Shown: one piece after another, positions 12,255-25,079 of the stretch
Position numbering within the stretch: the stretch's first letter is position 1
Layout: the number at the start of each line of letters is the position of its first letter
Assembly (NCBI RefSeq): GCF_006345805.1
Contig: NC_043000.1
Coordinates: 39,928,001-39,992,000 of the forward strand
Length of the DNA: 64,000 bases
Source of the DNA: Octopus sinensis
Lineage: Eukaryota
Direction of reading: 5' to 3'
Translations under genes and position numbers: made by a program
Notes under the pieces: model-generated
What the model was told of the DNA's origin: nothing
The model's input: only the letters and a program-made list of their open reading frames with translations
Databases searched by the model: none

Positions 12255-12912
12255 TGCTCAATTCTGGCCATGTGATGCATATGGACGAAGACAGTTGCAT
12301 AAAGAAGTCTCAATCTCTAACTGTGGAGGGAACCGGTGGAAGAGGTAGATCCAGGAAAACATAGGATGAGGTGGTGAAGTATGATCTTCGGATGTTGAGT
12401 CTCATGGAGTCAATGACAAGTGCCTGACACTTTTGGCAAATTGCTGTGCTTTGAAGACATGTCAAGCTTATTTGAATCATAATCATAGCCAGTGCTGATG
12501 ACATGTCAATGTCATCCATGTACTTGTGTAGCTAGAGTGTGTGTGCTGCCCTGGGAAGCCCTTCCGTTTGCTGCCCCCAGACCCCACAAAAAAACGAATA
12601 TTGCGTACAGCAGACCCAAAAGTGGTACCACCCCTACCGCTCCCCCCGGCAACGCTGATGACATGTTCAAGGCTTCCATGTCAAGTGCCAGTGACTCGTT
12701 AAGGGCACCCGTGCCGGTGACTCGTTAAGGGCACCCGTGCTGGTGACTCATTAAGGGCACCTGGTACACTCTGAGGTGATTGGCATTAGGAAAGGCATCC
12801 AGCTATAGAAACCAAGCAAATATAAGACAACTCTCCAGCTTAGCAGTTCCAGTCAAACAGTCTAAGCCATGCCAGTATAGAAACAGACGTTAAACGATAA
12901 TGATGATGATGA
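12255..12912 (+). mobile_element. 5'-truncated RTE LINE (C-terminal coding remnant plus 3' UTR)
   Basis: GHVMHMDEDSCIKKSQSLTVEGTGGRGRSRKT*DEVVKYDLRMLSL...W, followed by the family A tail ending (gat)n. Confidence 0.85.
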
Positions 12913-15737
12913 ATATCAAACATTGAGATTCTACTATTATCATAATTTTATGTCCACTTCCCATGCTGGCAAGAGTGTATGTGCATCATATGCAAGAGTG
13001 TATGTGTGTATGTGCATATATGCACACACACACGCATAACCTTATACAGGTGCAGTCACAATCCTACATACATCACATTTTTGTACAAGAAATCAATGAC
13101 AGCGTACCTAATGACTACATTGATTTACCATATCTAGTGGAAAGGGTAAAGCTAATGATAATAATGATGATGACCAACAGATAGTCTGTATTGCAGGTAG
13201 TCTTATGTAAGTCTTCAACAGCATTTAGTGTAACAAGAGTATAATGAACAAAGATTTCTTCTTATTCTTGCTGTTCTAGATATTTTGTATTGAGCTGGTC
13301 ACGTAGACAGTAGCATTGAATAGATTATAGAAACAAACTCTCACACACACAATCTGTATACACACAAGTGTAGTACTGGTCAAAAATAAGTCTTTCTTAA
13401 CTTTTTGTTATCTTAAATGTTTTAAACTTTAAGGCCTTGCTCCATTTTCTTCTTGTATTTCATTGTATTTTTCTTCCAGTTATTCTTTTTTACTTCAAGC
13501 CTTGTTTCTGTTTCTTCATGTGTTGTGACTAGTTGTTTAGCAGTATTTCTCTCCAATTACCACACTGGCTTCTTGCGATAATCCTCATCTTTCTGCAGTT
13601 TGAAGTCGAGCACTTTCTCTGGGGCTGGATATTTTAAAAGTTGTCTCCTTTCACTTTCTTTTATTCTCACTGACTAATGCAGTCACTGCTGCTGCTGCTA
13701 ACACAATGACTTTATTCTCTGCAAATCACCTCTACATATTTCTCCCCATTTTATCATATAAACTAAATTAAACGATTTGCTCAATTCTTACTCCCCAGAC
13801 TTCATTATATCCTACAAATATCTATCTCAAGAGGTTTAAGTAGAATGTCAACCAAATCAGTTTCACTACATTATAAGGATGATGGCAGTTTCTTTGTGTT
13901 GAAAGATCATGATGAAGAGAGCCATGCTCTCAAGTGGCTATGTAAACAGATACTTGACACTGCAGTATGTTTCTCCCTACCTGTACTAAGTAGTTTTAAA
14001 GTGGGATTCAGTCTGTCCAATCTGATCCCACACTTTAGACTTGGTAGTCTGACCACAGTGACTCAGTGGGCTGCAGTGACCAGCAAGCTGTAGGAATGAT
14101 TTTCATTGGAGTGGCCTTCTCGTAAGATGAATTGCCTTACAGGGCTAGAGAGCTCCACCTACCCAAGAGTTACTTGAAGGTATCAAAGAGGGCACATGAC
14201 TGCCTGAGGGACACCAATCCTTGATTTTTCCTAGGCATTTTCTTTTTCCACGGCTCCGACTAAATAATAATACTAATAGGCAAGTCTAACTAAGTAAAGG
14301 TAATTAGTCCTTGCGAGTGTTTGCAATTTATACTTCCCAACTACTTGTGCCTTGAAGTTTGTGATTGCTTGTTAAAGCAGTCACAAATCACTTGTAGCAA
14401 GCAGTTTGCAACTAGTTGTAACGAGAAGTTTATGGTTTGTGTCAGTGAATTCTTGTTTGGGACTACTTATGATTTTCATTACACTACAGGCTTAATTCTA
14501 GTTCACACAATATTTCATCCAGTGGCTTGTGGGTATTAAGAAGAAAAGTGAAAGTTAGTGAAAGGTGAAGAGTTAGAGAAAGAAAGGGTAAAAAAAAAAA
14601 ACGAATGGTAGAGTGTTAGAGGAAAAGAGTTAGAAAAAGAGGAAGATAGATAGGGGAAATGGATGAAAGGTAGAAAGAGAGGAATGGAAAAAAAGGAAGC
14701 TTGTCCTGGAGGTTAGTGAGGGAGATATGCTGTAACAACCATTCTGACTCACAGAGCTCGCACTTGCAGACATCCATCTCCACCCTGATAGCAGAGAACA
14801 GAGATACAGTCTGGTGGGGCCAAGAACGCCAGAGGTCTCAACTACCACAGGCTCAACCAAAAACCTGTCAGAGAGTGACCAATATCTTTTTTTTCTCAGC
14901 CTGACAAGTAGCAGAGCCTGGGATGGTAGCTGACCACACCATGTTGCTACTGGAGAAGGTGCCACAGCATGTGGCAACACAGATGAAGAGCCTACTGCCA
15001 TTTGTTTAATTACAGAAACTTTCTTTACAATGATCACATTTCCCACCAAGCATGAAATTCAATATGCGAAACTAGTTCTTTATTTGAATTATCTCCCCTC
15101 GGCTTTGAGAAGCACTCATATTTACTGTTGTATTTTTGCTTTCTTCTTCCAACCAAAATGCAGATTTCTCAATTTAACAATTTGTTTTATTTATTTTTAC
15201 TTCTACCATTCAGTATATCACCTTGTTTGTGATTTTTTCTAAATTCATGTTATTGATCCACTTGAGCTATCTCTCTTAGCTCAGCTTTTTCTTTTTAAAT
15301 TAACAGACTTTTGTTGGAGTGGTTTACAAATAGTCATGACAGAAAAGTTCACCAAAATGATAGCAAGTTGAATATATGGAAGCACTGTAATTAAGGTGGA
15401 ATTAGGGGGTGCTGCAGAGTTCAAATTCTACTGCTGCACTGGTTTGCAATGCTATTGTACACTAATGCACACAAAGACATACATGTATATAAACACATAT
15501 CAACACCAATACACTAACATGCAAACATAGACACACATATATTGTATTCAAGGCTGTATGACATGCATATGCACTCTCTCACACACACTGACAATAGCAC
15601 AAGAAATCCACCAATCATAATCAATCACCAGAATCCTTTGGAGTTCACTGAACAATGGAATGAGAGGTGGTGGTGTTGAAGGAGTAATCAATAATTTGGG
15701 TTATTATTAAAGGTGATTCTAAAGATGAGAGCATCAG

Positions 15738-15772
<35 letters not shown>

Positions 15773-15789
15773 TATTGTTATTATTATTA

Positions 15790-15972
15790 TTATTTCAAAT
15801 TTTTGCCACAAGGGTTGATAATCCCAGTGTCCAACTAGTACTAATTTTATCGAGCCCAAAAGAGTGAAAAGAAAAGTCGACCTCAGTGGAATTTGAACTC
15901 AGATTGTAGCAACAGGCAAAATTCCGCTAAGCATTTTGTCAAGCGTGCTAACAATTCTGCCAGCTCACTGCC
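15790..15972 (-). mobile_element. SINE family B in an (AAT)n tract
   Basis: aaagtcgacctcagtggaatttgaactcag...gtgctaacaattctgccagctcac, reverse complement of family B. Confidence 0.8.
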
Positions 15973-15982
15973 TTAATAATAA

Positions 15983-18245
15983 TTGAAGGAACCACATATC
16001 TTCTACTAAAAACTGAAGGCACAAAAAATCCATCCAAAGAACTACTGACCAATAACAGGTTTTAATACTACCTACAAGATACCCATATCGATAGTAACTG
16101 AAAGACTATACACTTTCCTTGAACAGAACTCTATCCTTCTACAAGCTCAAAAAGGCTGTAAAAGGAATTCTTATGGATGCAGAGATCATAAATAAAACTA
16201 TTGTAGAGAATTGCCTGAGTAAAAAGAAGAACCTGAGTATGGCATGGATAGACTACAGGAAAGCATTTAATAGTGCCACACATAATTGGGTACTCAAGGC
16301 CCTTGAGATATGCAAGATCTCTCCTGTAGTCTCCAAATTCCTACAAGGTAGCATGGCCAAGTGGAAGACACATCTCCTTCTACACCCTAGTAATGGGATG
16401 AGCCAATCTAATAACATCAACGTCAAACAAGGCATCTTTCAAGGTGACTCCCTCTCCCCATAACTCTTTTGCCTGGAACTGATCTCACTCTCAAACGAAC
16501 TTAGTAACACCAGGTATGGGTTCAAAGTGTATAATATTGTAGTAAACCATCTGTTTTATATGGATGATCTGAAGCTGTTTGCTAGAAATGACGAAGAACT
16601 AGTAGGGTTGTTATCAACTATTAAATATTTCAGCAATAACATCAGGATGTATTTTGGCCTTGATAAGTGTGCTAAAGCAGCTTTTGTAAGAGGCAAGCTC
16701 AAGCAAACGACTTCCATTAAATTAGATACAGACACTACCATCAAGGAGCTTGACCCATAAGCTATAGATACCTGGGTATAAATGAAGGAGATGGTATACA
16801 ACATGCTGCAATGAAGAAAAAATAAGAAAGGAGTATTACAGGCGAGTAAGACTCCTACTAATAACTGAACTCAATTCCAAAAACTGCATCAAAGCCATTA
16901 ACACCCTGGCACTTCCAGTTGTCCAATACAATTTTAAGATAATTAACTGAAATCTCACAGAGCTCCAACACCTGGACAGGAAGACAAGAAAACTAATAAT
17001 GTCTAAGAACATGCACCACTCAAAAGCAGATATTAATCATCTGTACCTATCTTGTAGTAATGGAGGGAAGAGGAATAATGCTGGTAGAACTGTGCTGTAA
17101 GACCTCCATAATAGCAGTGAACAAGTATTTATCTAGTACAGAGGATTGAATGCTATGGCTTGCGTGCAAATATGAAAGCAGCAAAAAGAATCACATTTTA
17201 TTGTCAAGGAAGCTTGCAAATTTGCATGGGAACTTGGTAGTAAACCTGAATTAGATGAAGAACCTGAAACCACTGCCACCAAACAAGCAAAACAAGTCAA
17301 ATAGACTGCAAAAACGAACGGGCAGAAACAAATTGAGGAGTGGTGGAGCCAGAAGCCTCTGCCATGGACAGTATATACTTTGAAGCTGAAATGCTTCAAT
17401 CAATCAGTGGCAGCTGAGAAGCTCAGGACTGAAAGCAGAGACTGAAGGTTTCATTTTAGCAGCACAAGACCAAACCTTGCTTACAAAAACTACCAGGCTA
17501 ACATTCTTCCAAATGGTTCTGACCCTAAATGCAGATTCTGTGACACATTTGATGAAGCAATAGACCATCTCGTTTCAGTATGTCCTGTGCTGATGCCAAA
17601 TGCAAACAAAGATCACCATGATAGGGTAGGATAGTATTTACATTGGAAAATATGCAAAACTACAAAATCAACACTCCTGCTTACTGGTATGAACATCACC
17701 CTGAGTCAGTCTTTGAAGATAAAAATGTCACAATCCCCTGGGATTTTCTAGTCAACACTGACAGAACAATCCAGGCTAATCGACCATAGATAGTCATTTA
17801 AGACAGGGAAGAGAATACTTGTTGACTAATAGATGTAAGTGTTCCCACTGACAAAAATATATCTGTAAAGGAATTTGACAAATTACATAACTATAAAGAC
17901 CGGGAAATTGAAATACAAAAGATATGGCATCCTGGTATTGTGGGTTCCCCAGGTATGATAAGAAAGGGATGTCAAAAACATCTAAATAATATCACAGGAG
18001 AACCATGTGTCAGAGAAATCCGAAAGATTGTACTGACAAGTACTGCCCACATCCTTACAAAAACCCTACCAATTTGAATGTCTGAGTTGTATTACATGAA
18101 GATATTTCACTACTGTCCCTGCCACTTCCCCTCCCCAGGCTTTCAGTCATACTGTAACATCTCTTATCTTTCACTCACTCTAGGACACTGGGTGTGTCTC
18201 GGCAAGTGATTGTAACAAGCATGCAGATTAAAAGTAAAGAGTAAT
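15983..18245 (+). mobile_element. 5'-truncated, degraded R4/Dong-clade non-LTR retrotransposon (RT, CCHC finger, REL endonuclease)
   Basis: AWIDYRKAF, GIFQGDSLSP, HLFYMDDLKL, FGLDKCAK, YRYLGI, CRFCDTFDEAIDHLVSVC, HDRVG, RP.IV and LIDVSVP..K..KE.DK motifs across frameshifts and stops; TAA repeats at both ends. Confidence 0.9.
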
Positions 18246-18277
18246 AACAATAATAAAAAAAAAAAATAATAATAATG

Positions 18278-18450
18278 CTTTCAAATTTTGGCACAAAGCC
18301 AGCAATTTGGGGGGAGGGGTAAGTTGATGACATCAACCCCAGTACTTATTTTGTCAACCCTGAAAAGATGAAAGGCAAAGTTGGCCTCAGTGGAATTTGA
18401 ATGTGAAGATGGACAAAATACTGCTAAGCATTTCGTCCAGTGTGCTAACA
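18278..18450 (-). mobile_element. SINE family B
   Basis: gatgaaaggcaaagttggcctcagtggaatttgaa...gtgctaac. Confidence 0.75.
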
Positions 18451-18469
18451 AATAATAATAATAATAATA

Positions 18470-19000
18470 AATGCCCTGATGCAGTACCAAGCAGTGGCTC
18501 TCATGGCTTCTGATCTTAACTGATTGGAAGTGTTACCATGAGCATTGTTTTGTTTTGCTATAAAAGATGGGCTACAGCAAATAGTCTACTCAATACTACA
18601 GATTTGCTTGTCAGTTGTTTGACCATAACCAGTTGAGCATGTCCCTCAGTGGCTGATCATAAGTGCATCTCTGATCGTGAGCAGAAGTAGTGAGGGAGCA
18701 TCATAGCCATGTGTTGAGAGGAATTCTTTGGGGTGTGGATGATTCATCTTTGGAAACATGGGTGTTTTGTTCAACATGCTTAAACAACCCTTATTTTGGG
18801 ACCTTTTGAGTTGGATGGGGTACTTGACCTGAAAAAATTCTGACTGCAAGGTCATGTACTATTTATCTTGATATGAAATCACTATGTTGCACACATATGA
18901 TTGTGATGCATGTGCCTGGTGTACCCATATCAGACAGGTAGTCATGACGGGTTTTCTGGGCTTTGTATATTTTACTCCAGTGTCACTTTGATGGCATGCA
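18470..19000 (-). mobile_element. About 500-bp retroposon ending in (ATT)n (family G)
   Basis: Higher-GC block ending at the (AAT)n run 18452-18470; identity as a repeat rests on my recall of octopus repeats, as no second full copy is in the window. Confidence 0.5.
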
Positions 19001-19916
19001 CTGCTCTCTCACTTTATCTGTGGCTTTGCGGATGAATATATCTGTATATATGTGTGCATGTGTATATTTATGTATGCGTGTATATATATATATGTATATA
19101 TCTGTATGCTTCAACATATATACGTTTATGGTATGTGATGTATATATAAAATCTATATAACATAAGTTTGGATTTTTGTATGCTTTATCAAATGTTGTAG
19201 ATAAATAATCATGTATTACTTCCTTTCACTTAACTTGCACATGTATAGCTAATTATAAGAATTTATTGTTTACGTTTAATAATTTGAAAGTGAATTTAAA
19301 TATATATATATATATATGTATATGTATTGGTGTGTATGTTAAGATATGTATATATAAATATTATTAACATCTTCAATCAACCAACCATGACTGAGACAAA
19401 GAAATTCAAATTTGTTAACCAATTAGATTTAGCTTATGATTAAAAATAATCGCTCCCCAATCCCTGATAGATTTAAACCACTAAAATATTAATGTATAAC
19501 AAATAACAAGACGCTTGTAGCTAATCTATTATCTCTTAACACATGAACTCTTAGTAAGCAATATTCTGTGAAATTATATTATAAATTTGGTGTTGTAACA
19601 TGTATGTATACTTTCGTTATGACGAAAAGAAAGAAAAAATCTTCATATAGATATTGGTGTATATTTGTACATATGTATATATATGCATGTGCATCTATTT
19701 GTTGCCCACACACATGGACTTATGTGTATGCAGAAGAATAATTTTGTAATAACTCTAGTTTAGCTGTATGTTATATGAATATATTGACTGTGATTTTAAA
19801 ATTAATAAGATTACATCTTTCATAGCTATCTGTTTATATTATATTATAGTATACTATATATTTGAAATTTCTTATAATATGTATTGTGAAGTGAAGATTA
19901 CACTGAATCTAATATT

Positions 19917-19951
<35 letters not shown>

Positions 19952-20190
19952 TGATGATATTAGTAATAATTAAATATTATATGTGTACTCATGGATATGG
20001 ATGTATGTGTATGTTCATGTATGTATATATGTATATATATAATTGTCTATATGCTTGTACGTATGTTTAATTGTACCTATTTATGTATAGGTGTATATAT
20101 TTTTGCTTGTGTATATGTATATATATTTATATAGATATTAAATTGTACATGTATCTTATTTCATGTATATATTTATATTTTGAAAGTACT

Positions 20191-20327
20191 TTATAATCTC
20201 TGACGAGGCCTATGGATATATATAAGTACCTCATTTTTAACTGCCTACAACCTTAATACAATTGACATGTATAGGCACAAAAAAATTACTTTTTTCCATA
20301 GGCTGAAACAGCTGTAAGTGATTTTAA
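20191..20327 (+). ncRNA. Type I hammerhead ribozyme-like fold with long loop II
   Basis: CTGACGA 20200-20206; 10-bp stem II 20207-20216 / 20295-20304; GAAA 20305-20308; palindromic ACAGCTGT; GTA cleavage triplet 20314-20316; bulged stem I. Confidence 0.65.
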
Positions 20328-20487
20328 TGATTCTAACAATTTATATTATTGTTTTTTTAATAACTACTTGTATTCTCATCTTATATGTATGTTATTATGG
20401 TTGTAGTTTTGATAAATAAATAAGTCAACATTCTAATATCCTAAAGCTTATATACCAACTAATGTGTTTCTCCATTTTCTTATTTGT

Positions 20488-20538
<51 letters not shown>

Positions 20539-20550
20539 GCACACATATAT

Positions 20551-20999
20551 AATCATCATCATCATTTAGCGTCCGCTTTCCATGCTAGCATGGGTTGGAC
20601 GGTTCAACTGGGGTCTGGGAAGCCAGAAGGCTGCATCAGGCCCAGTCTGATCTGGCAGTGTTTCTACGGCTGGATGCCCTTCCTAACGCCAACCACTCCG
20701 TGAGTGTAGTGGGTGCTTTTCACGTGCCACCCGCACAGGTGCCAGACGGGGCTGGCAAACGGCCACGGACGGATGGTGCTTTTTACGTGCCACCGTACTT
20801 GGGGCCAGGCGAGGCTGACAACGGCCACAATCAGATGGTGCTTTTTACATGCCACCGGCACAGAGGTCAGTCGGGGCAGCGCTGGCAACGGCCACGATCA
20901 GATGGTTCGCTTACTTGTCACCGGCACTGGTATCACAGCTGCAATTTCCATTGATGTTGATCGACTTCGATTTTGGTTCTGCTTTCTGATATCTGATTT

Positions 21000-21000
<1 letters not shown>
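20551..21000 (-). mobile_element. Family A RTE tail with 3-4 tandem units of about 60 bp
   Basis: (cat)n-ttagcgtccgctttccatgctagcatgggttgg...; units gatggtgctttttacgtgccaccggcac...ggcaacggccacg. Confidence 0.85.
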
Positions 21001-21078
<78 letters not shown>

Positions 21079-21260
21079 TCTATATCTATAAAACAGTCCT
21101 TGGACGAAATTGTATGCACATTTTGCTTTGACGGTTAATGGCGGCCAAACCAAGGCTAGGATCGAGCTGAAAATTGGCAGGGATACTAAATGCGTGGGGA
21201 GGATGAGACCCGTGATGGTTAAAATTTGCAAGCTATAAAGATGTGGTTACTATGGCAAAA
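21079..21260 (+). mobile_element. Possible Helitron-like 5' end
   Basis: TCtatatctataaaa start followed by CpG-rich gatcgagctgaaaattggc; the preceding base is T, not the expected A. Confidence 0.35.
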
Positions 21261-21763
21261 AGAGAGAAAATTCATTGCCTTTTGCCAGACTTTGAAAAGT
21301 GTTTGTTGTTTCTCTCTTACAGTTACCACCCTTTCTTCTTCCATCTCTCTCTCTTTCCCCCTTCCCTCCTCTTTATCTCTATAATGGCTTTTGACAGCTT
21401 CTACTCACTCTCTTTCACCCTCTCTGTAGCTCTTTCTCCCCCAGCCTCTCTCTCTCTCTGTATCTATAGAGAGAAAGCGTTGACAGCCGCAAGTGTGATT
21501 AATGGAGAGGAATAAAATAGTAAATGATTATATTGTGTTGGAAATATATTTCACTCTCTTGAAGTTTAAATATTCCCGCTAGAGGGCTTTTACAACAGTG
21601 AATTATTATTGTCCACCACCACTGCACAATAAGGATATCAGATATTTATGTTAATTTATATATATGTGTGTGTGTGTGTGTGTGGTGTATAGCTATATAT
21701 AATTTATATATATATTTATATATATAAAGTGCATTTGTATATATCGATATTTGAATATATATC

Positions 21764-21811
<48 letters not shown>

Positions 21812-21813
<2 letters not shown>

Positions 21814-22057
21814 GTGGCACGCTAAAAGCACCAACCAATCGTGGCCGATGCCAGACCCCCCTAGCACCTGTGCAGGTGGCACGTAAAAAGCACCCACTAC
21901 ACTAGCAGAGTGGTTGGCGTTAGGAAGGGCATCCAGCTGTAGAAACACTGCCAGATCAGACTGGAGCCTGGTGCAGCCCCTGGCTTCCAAGACCCCGGTT
22001 GAACCATCCAACCCGTGCTAGCGCGGAAAACGGACGTTAAACGATGATGATGATGAT
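21812..22057 (+). mobile_element. Family A RTE tail, low divergence
   Basis: gcaggtggcacgtaaaaagcaccc...ggacgttaaac(gat)n. Confidence 0.85.
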
Positions 22058-22171
22058 ACATATGTACACATAATGCATATATATATATATATATATGTGT
22101 GTATGTATATAATGCGTATATATGTGCATATATATTTAATGTATATGTATATTTATAATGTGTGCATATGT

Positions 22172-22395
22172 GGTCAGATTCAGCTGAAAATTTGCACACC
22201 TATGTTAAAAGTTCTGGCGAGTTTGCATAGCAATTTTGAGTTTGCTCATTTGAAACGTGTGGCTTCCAGAGCAACATTCTTCATCTTCTAAAATGAGGCC
22301 TGCGTAGACCTGAATGAAACCGGGTTATAATACCGAAACAAGTAAAACAATAATAAATTATTTTAATCCCGAGCAAGGCCGGGTTTGTCTTCTAA
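22172..22395 (+). mobile_element. Helitron-like 3' terminus
   Basis: Hairpin cccg-agcaaggc-cggg (22368-22383), then 8 nt, then CTAA (22392-22395) followed by T. Confidence 0.5.
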
Positions 22396-22405
22396 TATAT
22401 ATATA

Positions 22406-22462
<57 letters not shown>

Positions 22463-23348
22463 ATACAATTTTATGTGGTGTATATACATATATATACATA
22501 TGTATATGTTGTATATATATATAATTACGGTATATACATATATATAGTAGCATATGTGTATATATCGTATATACATATATATAGATATGCATTGTGTATA
22601 TATACGTATATAACATATATATAGATAATGCATATTGTATATATACGTATATACATATATATAGATATGCATATGTGTATATATACGTATATACATATAT
22701 ATAGATATGCATATGTGTATATATACGTATATACATATATATAGATATGCATATGTGTATATATACGTATATACATATATATAGATATGTATATGTGTAT
22801 ATATACGTATATACATATATATATACATATGTATATACGTATATACATATATATACATATGTATATGTGTATATATATACGTATATACCTTATCTCTCTT
22901 TCGGAGAGGCACAAGCACCATGTATATATGAAAGAACTCACTACTTGAACAAAACTTGACTTAAACAAAACTTGACTTAACAGGATTCAAATAATCCTAT
23001 CAGGGGGTGCTATTAAGTTAGACATGGCCTGGACCAATCTTTGGTCGAAACATATCTAAGTATGTATTATATATATATATATAATATGTATATATATATA
23101 TATATGTATGTATATAATATATATATATATGTATGTATATGTATATATATATATGTATGTAATATGTATATATATATATATTATGTATATGTATATATAT
23201 ATATATGTATGTATATATATATATATATATATAATGATATATATATATATATGTATGTATATGTATATATATATATTATATTATCTAATATTATGTATAT
23301 GTATATATATATATATGTATGTTATATATATTATATATATTATATATG

Positions 23349-23379
<31 letters not shown>

Positions 23380-23606
23380 GTTATATATAATATAATATAT
23401 ATATATATGTATGTATATGTATATAATATATATATATATGTATGTATATGTATATATATATAATATAATGTAATGTATATGTATATATATATATATATGT
23501 ATATATATGTATATATATTATAGTTATATATGTATGTATATGTATATATATATATATATGTTATGTATATGTATTATATAAATAAATTATATATGGTATG
23601 TATATG

Positions 23607-23639
<33 letters not shown>

Positions 23640-23684
23640 ATGTATATAATATATATATATATATATTATATAAATGTATGTTTG

Positions 23685-23722
<38 letters not shown>

Positions 23723-23772
23723 ATGTATGTATGTATTATATATATAATGTATGTATATATAGATATATATTG

Positions 23773-23810
<38 letters not shown>

Positions 23811-23862
23811 GTATGTATAATATATATAATATATATATGTTATATATGTATGTATGTATATA

Positions 23863-23902
<40 letters not shown>

Positions 23903-23967
23903 GTATGTATATATATATATATATAATATATGTATGTATATATATATATATAATATATGTATGTATG

Positions 23968-23998
<31 letters not shown>

Positions 23999-24402
23999 AT
24001 ATATTATGTATATATATATATGTATTATATATATATATATGTATGTATATATATTTTGTATATATATATATGTATGTCTATATATATATATAGTATGTAT
24101 GTATAGTATGTATGTATGTATAGATGTATGTATGTATATATTATTGTAATGTATTTATATATATGTATGTATGCATATATATATATGTATGTATGATTTA
24201 TATTAGTATGTATGTATATATATATATAATATTATATATATGTATGTTATATATATATATAGTTATGTATATATATATATATATGTATGTATATATATAT
24301 ATATAGTATGTATATATATATATAATTATGTATGTATATATATATATGTTATATATATATGTATGTATGATGTATATATATATTGTATGTAGTATGTATA
24401 TA

Positions 24403-24450
<48 letters not shown>

Positions 24451-24596
24451 ATGTATATATATAATAGTATGCATATATATATTGTATGTATATATATATA
24501 TATGTATGTATATATATATGTATGTATGTATGTATATATATATATATATATATATGTATGTAATATATATAATGTATATATATGCATACACATATA
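22396..24596. repeat. 2.2-kb compound (TA)n/(TATG)n array with a 40-bp minisatellite and a unique island
   Basis: 40-bp unit atatatacgtatatacatatatatagatatgcatatgtgt at about 22641-22820; non-microsatellite island at 22890-23060. Confidence 0.95.
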
Positions 24597-25075
24597 CTAG
24601 CTGGTGTACCTGGTAATTACTGGGGGTAAAGATGTTCCACTGAAATGCCTTAATACTCTTATATAAGAAAGTAACTTTTCTGCTTAGCGAAAGCATCTGG
24701 GAAATGTATAACTGCTTACATACACAGAAAAACTGTTATTTTATCATGAGAAAAGTGCTGTTGAAGTACTAAGTGAAATTTGGCAATTGAGGATCGAATC
24801 CACGCTATGCCTGCATGAAGCCACAACAAATACATTGTGGAATGAAAAATTTATCTACTGTCTTGGAAAAAGTTTAACTGTAAAAATACAGAATTATCAA
24901 GGTAATTGGCATTCAAAAAAGTATGTATAGAAATGTATGAATGAAATCATTAAGGTTTAAGATTCAAATTAAGGAAGTGCAATAATAATGTTTAGCAATT
25001 CAAAACTGTGAGTAGCAAATGCAGATATTAGGTTGGCTGATCGTGAGAATCAAATATTGATCGCTTCGCTAAAAT
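24597..25075 (-). mobile_element. Helitron-like element, 3' end at 24597
   Basis: CTAG 24597-24600, 8-nt spacer, CpG-decayed palindrome cc(t)ggtaattac(t)ggg 24609-24624; the distal extent is a guess. Confidence 0.5.
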
Positions 25076-25079
25076 CTGC

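Noticed and set aside
20710-20930. CRISPR-like repeat/spacer appearance in family A tails
   Set aside because: The apparent spacers are homologous to each other (tandem units), the context is a eukaryotic retroposon tail, and there are no cas genes.
22306-22347. CTGAATGA...CCGAAACAAGTA hammerhead-like text
   Set aside because: Extra base in the core and stem II is not contiguous with it.
22385-24696. Many long Tyr/Ile/Met-rich ORFs
   Set aside because: Translations of (TA)n/(TATG)n microsatellite.
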